This document shows positions 34,001 to 45,776 of a stretch of DNA of 64,000 bases, in pieces. The number at the start of each line of letters is the position of its first letter. Position 1 is the first letter of the stretch. The notes beneath the pieces are model-generated. The model had not been told where the DNA came from and made no database searches. It saw only the letters and a list, made by a program, of their open reading frames with translations. The position numbers and the translations under genes were made by a program. Where the stretch lies: contig BQFW01000007.1 of NCBI GenBank assembly GCA_020891255.1, positions 682,001 through 746,000 on the forward strand, read 5' to 3'. This DNA comes from Entomortierella parvispora E1425 (Eukaryota > Fungi > Mortierellomycota).

Positions 34001-34389
34001 TAGAAACCTTGTATCAAACAAAGTATCAAAGACCGAAAGTAGACCGTTACCTTGCATTGATGAATGCCATCCATCTTCCACGTAACAACTGTGTTGTCGG
34101 CTGAAGTAACGAGTCCGTTGTCGGCAACATAGGCGTTTTGGACACCAAAGACGATACCGACCACCAGCAATGGCAACAGGACCGCTTGGAGAATAGCTGC
34201 CTTCCAGTACCGAACCAGGAGAATGCTGTTCAGCCGACACACGACACCCAATTGGCGGAACCAACGACCCGACACTGAAGAGGGTCGGGCAGAGGCATAG
34301 ACGACTGAATGGTGCATTGGCTGTGGTTTCGAGGAGGGGGTATGGGAGTCGATCTCCTCTAGTGAGAAAAGTTGACGATCTCTGGACAT
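31099..34389 (-). CDS. ABCA-subfamily ABC transporter, half-size (one TMD plus one NBD), 3 exons
   Basis: EKEMKCKESMQMMGL, Walker A GQNGAGKS, MGVCPQHDVLF, signature LSGGMKRRL, Walker B ILDEPTTGMDP, LLTTHSMEEAD and the ABCA-type C-terminal SLEEVFL. Confidence 0.92.
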
Positions 34390-35836
34390 ATTGGGCTGCG
34401 GGTGTGATAAAGATTATATATACAGAGAGGATTCGAGTGGTCGGAGGAGGATTGTGGAATGTGGAGGGAGGGTCCGTTGTCGTCAAAAGGAGACAGAGCA
34501 ACAGAATTGACTTCAAAGAGAAAAAGAGGAGAGGGAAGGTGAAGGTGAAAGTGGAGTGTCCTTGTCAAAAACCAACACGACAAGGAAAGAAAGTAAAAAA
34601 GATGAAAGCTGGGATGGCGCCCCACTTTATATTTGTTCGTGAGTGAAAATGACCGACGACGGTTCAGTTGCAGCTGAGATGCAAATTGGTCCAAATGCAG
34701 GAAGAAACCAAGGACAAAAGCCCTGTGCTACAGGAACCTTTGCCAAGGCAGACTCAGTCACCCCAGGTTGAAATCCGGGCAATCAAAGATCAGGCACAGC
34801 GCTGGCATTCTCGTGAACAATCTTAACAAGGGCTGTGGCACACTGAAAATTTATAGTGAGGGTAAGGAGAGCGCTTTCGGTGCAAGGCAAAAGAGCAATT
34901 GAGTGATCTTCCCTCTCGCTCTGCTTGCCAGGAACATTTCCCGTGCTTCCACGTAGCTTTCTAACGCTTTCATTCTTGTAACCCTTGCAACCCACGCTAT
35001 TGCTGGCACAAATGCAAAGTTCAGGTGGAGAGGGCCTCTTGCTTTGATATAATATACCGTTACCCTTCCTGTTGCGATGTTCCTGAAAGAGACAAAAGAT
35101 AGCGAGTGCGTGAGTGACGGGGTTCCAGCTGTGGAGTTCCACTAGGTGTTTGACCACATTTTTAGAGTTATCAATCAGCCTTTACATACCAGGGCACTCA
35201 TGTACCCGGCCACCAGAGTGGCTGCAGCCTGCACAAGAAGGACTTTAAACATCTTTTCTGCAGTGCCAAGAAAATCAATCGAGACAACTTTTCGCATTCA
35301 GGGAGCAATTGACCATCCTCTCCGAATACCGGGGTGCTCTTTGAAAAATGCCAAGACTTTCGCGTGTTATGTGGTACCTGGTTTCTCGTTTCCTTGGCAT
35401 GGTCCTCGCGCCCATAGGCTTGTACATGCACTCTTCGCAAAAGATAGTTCTCCAACTGAACACAGTGGTCGATGTTCACAAAGTTAAAGACACACCCGCC
35501 CCCTTTGAGCACCTTGTGTTTTGAATGTCTCTGTTTTCCACAACGTGGCGATAAATAGACAGCACCAACACGTCTGTTCAACCCTGCACCTTCTCTTTTA
35601 GCTCGGGCTGTTTTTTGTTTGCAGAATTTGTCGGTGGTTACCACAATTCAATGAACGAAGGCAAGAGGTCAGCGCCATGTCTGGAATTAGGTGAGGGGTT
35701 GCTTTTATTAGTAGCAACTTGTACGTTGTGGGGTTTGGACTTTTTTCTTGCATTAGAGCACTTTTTACCCCTCGACCACAAGTTAGGGAGTTGTATTTTT
35801 CCTCATTCGGTGATCGACAATGGTCAATTGGTGCCT

Positions 35837-38835
35837 CTACTGACACTCTTCCTCAAAGAGATCCAAAAGGCCTCCTCTTTCACTGTCTTGCCCATGCGCG
35901 TTTCGGAAAAAAAACATCAGATACCAATGTTGGCCCACTTCCTCCAAAACTTGACGGCTGTCGGATCCATCAGGATAACACTTGGACCATTGATCCCAAA
36001 GACAAAACGCCTCATCTTTCCAAGCTTTGAAGCTCTGAAGGTCAATCACGGTGGCCACATCTGTTCTGGTTGACCTTGCTGTAGGATCCCTATCCTTAAC
36101 TGACTCTATGTTTGCACTGGATTCGGGTCCCAGGGTTGGGAAGATACCCCAGTTGAGGATGTTTGTCGAGTCTTCTTCCGACATGTTGGTGTAAAGCTCT
36201 CCAGCTTGGTTCAGAGCGCCAAATGTGATCGGGTCCTTGCCATCCTCGGTCCTACTGCTGCCATTGTGGCATTGGATACCACGGATCAGAGTATCCAGTC
36301 GGTCCGGAGAGATAAAGAGCTCGAGGTAATCCTTTTGATAAACCTCACCTCCTTTAGGTCCCCAGCCGAAGACTTTGTCCTCACTCTTCACGGCTTCCAA
36401 AGCAGGCTGTGCATTCACAGGGAGATACCCACCAAGACTGGCCAGTTCTGACAATCGTTCTCTGAGATAACTGTTGTCGGCCGATGGAGAATCCGTTGGG
36501 CCAAGAGGGGGGAGAGAAAGGCCTTGATCACACCAAGGGAGAGTCAAAGTCTCTCCACGACAGTACCGCGCGAAAACACTTTGCAGGTCTTTTGGAGTTT
36601 TGATGACCCCCCAATTGGCGTCAGCTTCTTGCGAAGTCGAGTACTTGAGGCCGGTTCCATAACAATCTAAACCACCGTAGGGCAAAAAGGATGAGAAGTT
36701 CGGCTCGGCCGTAATTGAGGGGCAGGTCGAGACGGACGTCGAAGAAAGAGGAAGCGAGATTGTAGATGAGGATGGAGAGGGCGAGAGGGATGGTGATGAC
36801 GATGGAGGCAAGGAAGGGGGAGAATTGAAAAACGGCGAAGCATGTTGTCCAATATAGGAACCGGAATCAGATCGGGGTCGTGGGCTCCAGCATGGTTTCC
36901 TTTGTTCTTCTTCCTCCTTATCTGTTGCCTGTGCTGTCACTGACAATGAAACGGGTAGTGCCACCGAGGGGAAGTGCGCCCAAGATTCCGTCCGGCTTAT
37001 ATATGATTTTGGCTTGTTGTTCCAAAAGATGGGCCTGACAGTCTCGGATCTTCTTCTTGGGTCGAAGCTGTATCTCCAAGGCCGACACTTTTTTTGTGGT
37101 CCCAAGTTCGATCCCTTGGGGCCAGCTGATACGGCGATCGAAGAAGGGTGTTCTTGCTGGGTATGCGAAAGCTCAAAAGAAGTGGAAGTGGAGGAGAGGA
37201 GGTCTGCGCCTTCGAGAATGAGTCGTGTTGATTTTTCGAGATTGAAGGTATAAAAGTGAATGCCAGGTACACCGTCAGCAATCAGTTCCTTTGTCATATG
37301 GATGCCGACTTCAACGCCAAACTCGCGGACAGCTTGGTCGTCGTGCTAATAGAATTAGAAGAATGAAAGCAACAGTCGTTAATGTCCAGGACAGATGATG
37401 GTTTGCCCTTAGTAGCGCTTCTAAAAAAAGTGTGTGTTGGAGCTCGTTTTTACCTTGACAGCTTCAACACCGTCCCTAATCCAACTCGGTACGCTCAACC
37501 CGGCCGTGTTCTTGACGAACCCGCCGTAGCTCTGGATGGGCATCAGACCTGGCAAGATGGGACAGTCGATTCCGATCGCACGACATTTTTGGACCCAATT
37601 CAGGAACAAGGGCACATCAAAAAACAATTGGGTGACAATGAAATCCGCACCAGCATCGATCTTCGCCTTGAGAAACTTCAAGTCTTGATCAGAGCAGGTG
37701 GACTCAGGATGAGCCTCTGGGTATCCAGCGACGCCTATGCCAAAGTAGTCGCCGTGTGTCTGACGGATGTGCTTGACGAGATCAGAAGCAAAACAGAGTC
37801 CGCCTGCACAAGGAACCCAATCTTTTTGGCCTTGAGCAGGGTCGCCTCGGAGGGCAAGGATATTTTGATTGCCGCAGGCGCGTGCTTCCTAAGATCGATC
37901 AAAACCAATGGAGAAAAAAAAAGGAGCGGGCGAGTATGGGTCAGTTGGAGTCATCGTGTTAAGGTGTTGAGTGGACGTGTTTGATAACAACGGTCTTTGC
38001 CACGTTGTCTCTTTCGGAGTCCAAGAGGTGCCACCAACTTCTCCATGGAATCGCGGGGAGCTTCTTTTTTTCTTCTTTCTTGTCTGCATGTTTGAGAGTT
38101 TGGATCCAGTTTGTGGTCCAGGGGTGTGGAGCAGAGATGACTCTTTTCATACAGGGCAAACAAAGCCCATCTCTCCCTCTTGTATCTGTGCTGTTGACTC
38201 ATGAACCTTCCTCCGACTATTTGGGCGAAGACCACAAAACATGGGATTCAAATCTAAAATAACAAGTTTTTTTGAGTTATTATACCTTCAGGGCTTGATC
38301 GATCTTGTCCGTCGGATTGTTGGTGCAGATGAGGTGCAGACAGGTCTCTACTCCGTAAACCTTTTGTGCATGCGAGACAACCTCCATGGTTGCGGCCGGT
38401 CTTGACCCGCCTGCGCCCCAGGTGATATCTACAAACTCGGGTCCTAAATGACACATTCTCTCGATTCGATCGTGCAGATTAACAAGGCCCTGAAAGGTGT
38501 TTGTGTATCGTTGAAGAGCAAGAATGAAGGGGAGTAAGTAAGAGTAGAGAGAATAAGTCGAGCGATACCGGGCGCTTCCCTCGGTATTTTAAACATTTTC
38601 GCGTGGTTCCTTCTTTCAGGAACCAAAGAACAGAGCCAGAGAGGCATCAAAATGTTCATCGGGGTTTGGATATAAAGTCCATAGCCATATTCTCTCTGAT
38701 CTGAAATGGCCATCTACCCAAAAATGTAAAAGAAATAAAAGCAAGTACCTGTGCCGTTCTTGGAGAGAAGTACTCGAAAGAAAAGAATGGTCGGCCCTCT
38801 TTTTGCCTCTTGGTGATCCGGTCAATTATCTTCAT
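35837..38835 (-). CDS. MTHFR: methylenetetrahydrofolate reductase (MET12/MET13 family), multi-exon
   Basis: FSFEYFSPRT; FVDITWGAGG; LHLICTN; NILALRGDP; GVAGYPEAH; AGADFIVTQLFFD; GIHFYTFNLEKS; eukaryotic regulatory region ETVRPIFW...VFGWGPKGG..YQKDYLELFIS...FKAWKDEAF. Confidence 0.93.
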
Positions 38836-39221
38836 GGTAGAGTATGGGGGGTGTTGCTTGGAAGTTGGGAAAAGGTTGAGTCGAGGTTGGGAGGAGAATC
38901 GATCGAAAAAGGTGTCTTCAAGCTTCTGATATGAGTATGGAGAACAAACAGTGAATGAAGAAAGGAGCTCGAGGAAAGACCTCCATTTTATATGCAACTG
39001 ACAGGGGCAGCAATCAAAGTTTTTTTATTCAAGGTGGAACCCCCGACACGCTGAAATCGGCGAGATCCAGCCGCGGATGGGTCATAAACCTTGACCCACC
39101 TTCCTTTCAGATCGCGCTCGTTTGCCACTGTCTACTTGACGTCCTTCTTTCGCAGTTTCATCAGTGTTGCCCGCAATAAGTCGAATTGAATTTATTGTGA
39201 AGGGTTAGTGATGATAATCGT

Positions 39222-42200
39222 TTATACAAGTTCCAGGACCTTGATCACTCCTGAACTGTTGGCTGCCAACAGAATGTTGTTGGACGTATTCTTCTTCCAG
39301 CAAACTGAGCTGACGAATTGAGTTGGATCCTCGTCGGCATTCTCTTCGCCCTAAATGGTACCAGCAAAGGTATTAGTGTCAACAATACGAGGTTTTTCCA
39401 TCGCTTGACTGTCATCATCCCCATCATTCTTACTGTGACTGGATTTGAGTTGCCAAACTTGACTGTCACGACCGGATCCCGGAGTTCCTTGTAATATGTG
39501 TAGACGGCGTTGTTTTCAGATCCGCAAGAGATCCAGTCGCCTGACGCACTGAGGCCTACAAAGTTCTTTTCATTCACATGGCCAGTGTATGTCCTTGCGC
39601 AGTTCATCCTTGACGTATTCCAAAGCTTGAGTGTGCTGTCTGTCGATGCAGACACCAGCTCTTCTCGTCCCAAGAATTTGACATACGAAACTGCTTTCCT
39701 GTGACCCTTGAACACAAAGAGGGGTTCAGTCGCTTTCCGAAGGTCATAGTAATGAATGTGGTGGTCAGCACTTCCAAAGGCGATGTGGTGGCTGCTCTCC
39801 GGATTGAACTTGACGCAGCAGATGTTTGCCTTGCTCTCAATTGTGCAGACCGAGGCCTTGTGAGTTGTGGACCAAATTTTGACCTTGGTGTCATCACTTC
39901 CACTAGCCAATCTGGTTGGATCGGTCCTCGAGAAATCAACGCTCCACGCTCTTTTCTCATGCTCATCATAGTTGAGGGTGTTAAGTCCTGTTTGCGAATC
40001 CCACAAAGATACAATGCCTTCATAGTCTGAGCTGGCAATCTGTGACTTGATGTAAGAGTTCCATGACAAACAGCTACAACATACAACATGTGTTCGGTCA
40101 GAAATACATACATATATTCATCATGTTCAGAGGCTGACTTCACAGCTTTAGTGTCCATACCTGATTTTGCTCCGACACGTCATCTCACGAACGGGGTAAT
40201 GTAAGACGGAGAGGATCGGCTTTTTGTTGGACTGGTGCCGGGGTTTTTCACCCACCTCTAGCCCTTCTGTTCGATCGTCCCCCTTTAGACTTGTTCCTAC
40301 CAGTCCAGTCTTCTCAATGCTTCCATATTCAAATATTTTGATCTTTTTTGTTACGCCTGCTGTTGCAAAGTATTCGTCATCCCTGTCGAATTCAATCGAG
40401 GATACAATCGAAGATGTGTTGAAGATATCGCCATAGCGCAGCGTGTTGACGTGCTCGAATCGAGAGTATTTGGTAAATTTTGATATTGTCGAGCAAAAGC
40501 TTGAAAGTGCAGATTCACGTCTCGCTGATGCTAGTAATGGATAGAAGGAGCGAAAGACAGAGATATGTCAGCATTGTGAAAAATAAAGGTCTTGGCCACT
40601 TCGGTTCAAATCAACTTACAACTCAATGAAAAGTCAAAGTAGCAGCGTTGCAAGTCCTCAAAGTGGTCAGCGACACGCTTTTTGTTGATGTTGACTTGTT
40701 GTGCGATCTTGAGGTTTTGTAGTTCTGACTCTGTCGCCTCATCCTCAGGTCCAACTTCACTTTTGTTTTCACGTTCCATTTGCTGTTTGATAAAATGATT
40801 CGGATTTAGTTTTCATAACCTTTGCCTGTTGTCAGTCGCAGCATCACAATACAATATATATCATATCACTTACAGATAGTGTCCTCTTGGACCCAACACG
40901 AGCAGGGACAGCTTCATCTTCTTCCTCTGACACCTGATTTGGGACTTGAGCGCCTCCAGAGTTGAGCTGATCTTCTTCATCCTCTTCCAAGCCTTGCGTT
41001 GTTGTGTATCCGTTATACTGCTTAAGAACCTCCAGTTTTTCATGAGCCCTTCGAAGATCGTTGTCTAGACATTGGATCTGGGCGTTCAGACGAGCAAGAG
41101 CCTATCGATCCCCGAGTATAAAATCCGGTATTAGTGGCGAGAGTCTCGGTAACATCGCAGCTTTCATTTACAGGTCTCCATTGACCACGACTTGCCTCTT
41201 CTTTTTCTGCACGGGTATTCCTGAGGAAGTCAAGCAACACTTCCAATTCGACTTGCTCATCTGTCGCCTCAAGCTTCCTCTTCTTGGCTCTTAAGGTCGA
41301 CAGCATGTCATCGATTTCTATCAAGAGTGAGCGGCCAAGGTTGTTATTACACGCGCCTGCAAAAGCAGCCAAAGTATCCACAGGATGGTTCAGATCAGCC
41401 TACCTTCTCGAGTGAATTCTCGCTGGTCCAAGAGATCATGTCTAAGCTTGGTCCGTAGTTCAGTGTCTTCTTCTGAGTCGACATATCCTGTGGATCGTTC
41501 CAGAAGGCTGGTCACTGCGCATGTTCAACCAAGTGCATGATAAACACAATTTCAAATGATTAGTAAACTGGAGTGCGCCGTCCACTTTTTTTGCTGCGAT
41601 TGGTTGCCCCTGCATATGCTCTTACAGAGGAAATTGGGGAAGATCTGATCTCTAGTCAAGGAGCTTCGGCACAAGGGGCAATCCTGTTTTTCTGTCAGAT
41701 GTTGTGATATGCACAGATAACTAGTATCATACAAGAGCCAGGGTTAGACTTGTTTGTGCGAGAGAGAACTCTCTAACAGATAAGAGTCCAGCCGAGACAC
41801 GAAAACGTACCAGAACGAATGCCCGCAGCGAGAGATGAAGGACTCTTTCATCAATGATCTACAAATCGGACTAATCATGTGGAGAAGAGCGGTGGCAACG
41901 AAGGTCAGCTAAATTTGTAAGCATGGTCCCCTTCGCCTTTCTTGCAAGAGCAGAGCAGACGTTTTGCTGTGCCGAAAAAATTATTCGTTGTCACGACATC
42001 TGCATGCAGCCCCGTCCGAGTGCGTGGTGTCGGGAGACGACGGTGGGACAGCGAGGCCGACAAGGAGCAACAGAAAGCAACATCACATCCTTACCAGTGG
42101 TAATCGCTGAGCAGCTTGGACCGCCGGTCTAGCTGGTGTGCGGGTATGAGGGACTGTGACGAGGCGGGGCTCGTTGAAGAGGTGCTGACAAAGATTCCTG

Positions 42201-42441
42201 GGGGTAAACAGGACTGGCGCTGTGTAGGTCTGCCGCTGGAACAAGAGCCGTTGCTATTCACCAGGGTGATATTGCTGCCGCTACCGCCAGCACCGCTGAC
42301 AGAGTATGTGCTGGCATCAGGACTGCCGGCACTGCTTGCAGTGCAGCTCTCATCGCTGGTCTGGGTATCGTGCTCATGGACACTGGAGTCTTCGAGAGAG
42401 GCATTGCCTTCGGTGCCGGGGCCACCAAGACTCTGGCTCAT
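39222..42441 (-). CDS. COP1: COP1/RFWD2-type E3 ubiquitin ligase (RING, coiled coil, WD40), multi-exon
   Basis: Spliced C3HC4 RING ([38 protein letters not shown]) and a coiled coil. COP1-typical WD40 text: [86 protein letters not shown]. Confidence 0.92.
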
Positions 42442-42827
42442 GATGACGAAAGGAGGGGGGAGTAGATTAAAAGGTCAGAGACGAAACCAGCACGGAAGAA
42501 GAGGGAATGGGTAAACGAGTGAGAGAGATAACAGGAATGAGCAGCAAGAAGCAGATTCAGTGGGGAAGGTAGGAGGGGATTGAAGTGAGCGCATGCATGC
42601 ATGTGAAGCAGCAGAAGACATGGAGGGGAAAACTGTTTCTGATTACAGAGGGCGGACTTTGTGGATTGCATTTACACAGAGTGGATCGAGATTTCCCCTC
42701 TCTCTACTCTCCTCGCGTGTCTTGTTTTGCGTGCATGTACGCTGTCCGTGCCTGGGCCACTTTTCCTGTCTTTTCTTCTGTTCATGAGGCTCGTCTTATC
42801 TTTCTTTCCCTCCCATCCCATGCGGCC

Positions 42828-44396
42828 ATGATCATCCACACCCTGCTCGCATTGCTGCGAACCCTCACCGTCATTGCCGTTTTAGCTTCTCTCCTGCTTT
42901 ACAACTATGCCCGCATCTCTTGTCACTGGCATTGGCGAAAGTCAGAGTCATTCCTCAGGATGGTTGTCATTGCGGATCCTCAAATGGAGGGTGATGCAAA
43001 GATTGCTCGTCTCGGGAAGAGAGGTAACTAAAGAGCAAAAGACAACAAAAGAGATTGCAGTGCTACAGGGAGTGTGGGATGTCCCCTCTAATATATTATC
43101 TATTATACCTTCTCTGCTACAGCCGTGGTAGACCTTGCTTTCAACGATGCTTACATGCGACATATCTACAGCGCCATGACAAAACCATCATGGGGTCATC
43201 CCAGGGATTGGCTCGAGAGCCTGAAAGAAGCAGCCGTGTCATCTCAGAGCGCACAACCAACCCATGTCTCCATCCTTGGAGATTTATTCTCGAGTCAATG
43301 GATCGACAATACCGAGTTTGAAACTCGCCTTAGACGCTACATGAGCATTTTCCCTGCGTCGGTCGAAAATGACCATCCAGTACTTATCAACATAACGGGG
43401 AACCACGACATCGGATATGGGTACGATATTTCACAGGAGCGCATGGATCGTTGGGAGGGTGCGTTTGGTCTGAGCAACTTTGTGCAGGTTGTCAAGATCC
43501 CAGGATCGCAGCAGCATGTGCATCTTGTGGCCCTAAACACGATGCTCTTGGATGGACCTTCTGCTGATGAGGTGAGTTGTGGCGGTCAAGAAGCTCTATA
43601 GGTACAGATGCGTACCCACGGAAGCTCATACAATGTCTTTATTTAGAAGCTTCGTGGTCAAACATGGGAATTCCTCCAAGAATCGGCCAAAATTAAGGAG
43701 CAATACCCCGACGACAAGATAGTACTTCTTACTCATATCCCATTTCACAAGGAATCAGGAATCTGTGTGGATCCGCCCAGCATCCACGTCCATTCGTAAA
43801 GAAGTCTCAATGCTTGTTGTAATGTCATGAACCGAGCACTTCAGCTACACGGACTTAATCATACATGAATTTTTGATAGAGACAATACTATTGTTGAGCA
43901 GACAATGCTTACACCAAACTCAACTCTGTGGATTCTGGATCACTTGCAGCCTGACTTTGTCCTCAACGGACACGACCATTTTGGCTGCGATGTTATCCAT
44001 ACGCCGTCCTGGAACTCTGAGCAGGAAAAGTATAGTTGGACTGCAAAGAGAACAGAGGGTGAGATAAGTTTGGAGTCACCAGTGGACACCACATATCGCA
44101 AGCCCGTGCGTGAGGTTACACAGAGGTCTATGATGGCCGAGTTTGGTGGTTACTCTGGCCTCTTCGAGATCAAATCAACGGGACCTTGTACAGGAAAGGA
44201 GCCTGCAGTCAATGACGTTGAGTTTCACTATACCTCTTGTGGATTCGTCACTGACATTTACGTCTGGATTGTGATTGTAATCGATATTATTGTTGTTACA
44301 TGCTGGGGTATATTTTCATTCGCCTTCGCTGCTTTTAGTCTGGCTACTTCCAAGAAGAAGAAACCCACCAACGAAAAGAAGGAGAAGCTCCTGTAA
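42828..44396 (+). CDS. TED1: TED1/MPPE1(PGAP5)-like metallophosphoesterase (GPI remodelling), multi-exon
   Basis: N-terminal TM, VIADPQMEGD, LGDLFSSQWI, ITGNHDIGY, LLTHIPFHK, VLNGHDHFGC and a C-terminal TM helix. Confidence 0.8.
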
Positions 44397-44552
44397 ACTA
44401 TGTATAAAGACTTATTCATTGCTACTGTCAAAAAGTTACGTTGGTGAGGCCGATGAGCTGAAACAGCATTGTGAGAGCAGTCACATTTTTTTCCAGGCAC
44501 CAACGCGAATCAGATCTCTTCTGCATTCGCTCATTTCCATTTCCAGCCCGTC

Positions 44553-45776
44553 ATGCAGAACCTGCCGAATCGATTTCTACGGATTACTGGGTCCAAGAAC
44601 CAACTGTTGCGTCGTCTGGAACTGTTGCGCGTCTCTAAATCAGAGCGCCAATCGGAGGGTCATGTCCTTGTCCAAGGAATCAAGACCGTCCAAGAGTTGG
44701 CGAACAAGGGACATTCTATTCGGACTTTGGGCATTACCTATGATGAGAACAATCTACCAATCCAATCGCCAGCGTTGGATATAGTCCAGGGATCGACAAT
44801 TCTCGAGAGGGAACCTGATCGCTCTTCATCCGGTACACCAACAAAGCCAGGATCAATAGCAGGAAAAATTGTGTTCAAGGCTGATCAGTATGTTGCGGCG
44901 TCCAGGAAGCTGACAACCAGGATCTTGGGCACGGACTCTAGGATAGCAGAGCACGAAGTCTGGGCAGAGGTTGCCATTCCGGACTATGGGTATCTGTTCT
45001 CGCCATCTGGATCCAGTCGTGATGTCTCAGGAACGGCTACTGCTACTTTGAGCGGAAGAAAGAAATCTCACAGACCCTCATGGATGCGCGATGAAGAATG
45101 TGAGATTCAAAAGATGTTGGTCCTAGATCGCATATCGGACCCAGGAAATATGGGTCTGCTGATCCGCGCGGGGATGGCACTCAACTGGCATGGATCCTGG
45201 CATACTCCTGGTACTGTTGACGAATATAATAATAAGGTCGTTAGGGCATCTAGGGCCTTGTGTTTAGATTGGCCAACAAAGACGGGAGGATGGAAAGAGC
45301 TTGGTGAGTTCCTTGAAGGGAACGGCATGACACTCTTGGTCGCAGATATGATCCCTCGCTGGATCCTAGACCAATCTGAGCCACTGACTGCAGCATCTGC
45401 AGCATCATCAACGGAAACTAGTTCTGCAACCAAATTGAACATGAATGGTCTGGTATGGTGGAATTGGCCCGATAATCTCCCAAGAACGAGGTTGCCTTCC
45501 AAGGTGGCACTTCTTATGGGATCAGAACATCATGGAGTGAACATCGGCACTTCAGATGAAAATGGTGCAGTCAACCAGGACGATCAAAAAGAAAAGGATC
45601 GATTGCTTGAGAAGGCGATTAGAGTCTCTATACCCATGAACGCCGCTGTCGAGTCGATGAACGTTGCCACAGCCGCAACAGCCATGATGTGGGAGCTGAA
45701 TCGACTCTTGTCGCAGGGCACTGCGGAGGTCACATCATCGGACGCGCTGCAAATATTCGATCGCCTTGTGAAATAA
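44553..45776 (+). CDS. SpoU/TrmH (SPOUT) RNA 2'-O-methyltransferase, probably mitochondrial MRM-type
   Basis: 407-aa single exon with SPOUT motifs LDRISDPGNMGLLIR, ALLMGSEHHGV and IPM...VESMNVATA. Confidence 0.85.
   Translation: MQNLPNRFLRITGSKNQLLRRLELLRVSKSERQSEGHVLVQGIKTVQELANKGHSIRTLGITYDENNLPIQSPALDIVQGSTILEREPDRSSSGTPTKPGSIAGKIVFKADQYVAASRKLTTRILGTDSRIAEHEVWAEVAIPDYGYLFSPSGSSRDVSGTATATLSGRKKSHRPSWMRDEECEIQKMLVLDRISDPGNMGLLIRAGMALNWHGSWHTPGTVDEYNNKVVRASRALCLDWPTKTGGWKELGEFLEGNGMTLLVADMIPRWILDQSEPLTAASAASSTETSSATKLNMNGLVWWNWPDNLPRTRLPSKVALLMGSEHHGVNIGTSDENGAVNQDDQKEKDRLLEKAIRVSIPMNAAVESMNVATAATAMMWELNRLLSQGTAEVTSSDALQIFDRLVK

Noticed and set aside
34783-35650. Intron-like GTATGT...TTTCAG segment and an HPGIRR integrase-like snippet on the minus strand
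   Set aside because: Flanking frames contain stops and no coherent domain can be assembled; too weak to call.
37889-38290. Long MTHFR intron as a riboswitch or snoRNA host
   Set aside because: No TPP aptamer core, paired C/D boxes with a terminal stem, or H/ACA layout recognised.
20233-38835. SerB and MTHFR proximity as a one-carbon metabolism gene cluster
   Set aside because: They are 13 kb apart with unrelated genes between them and no shared motif seen.
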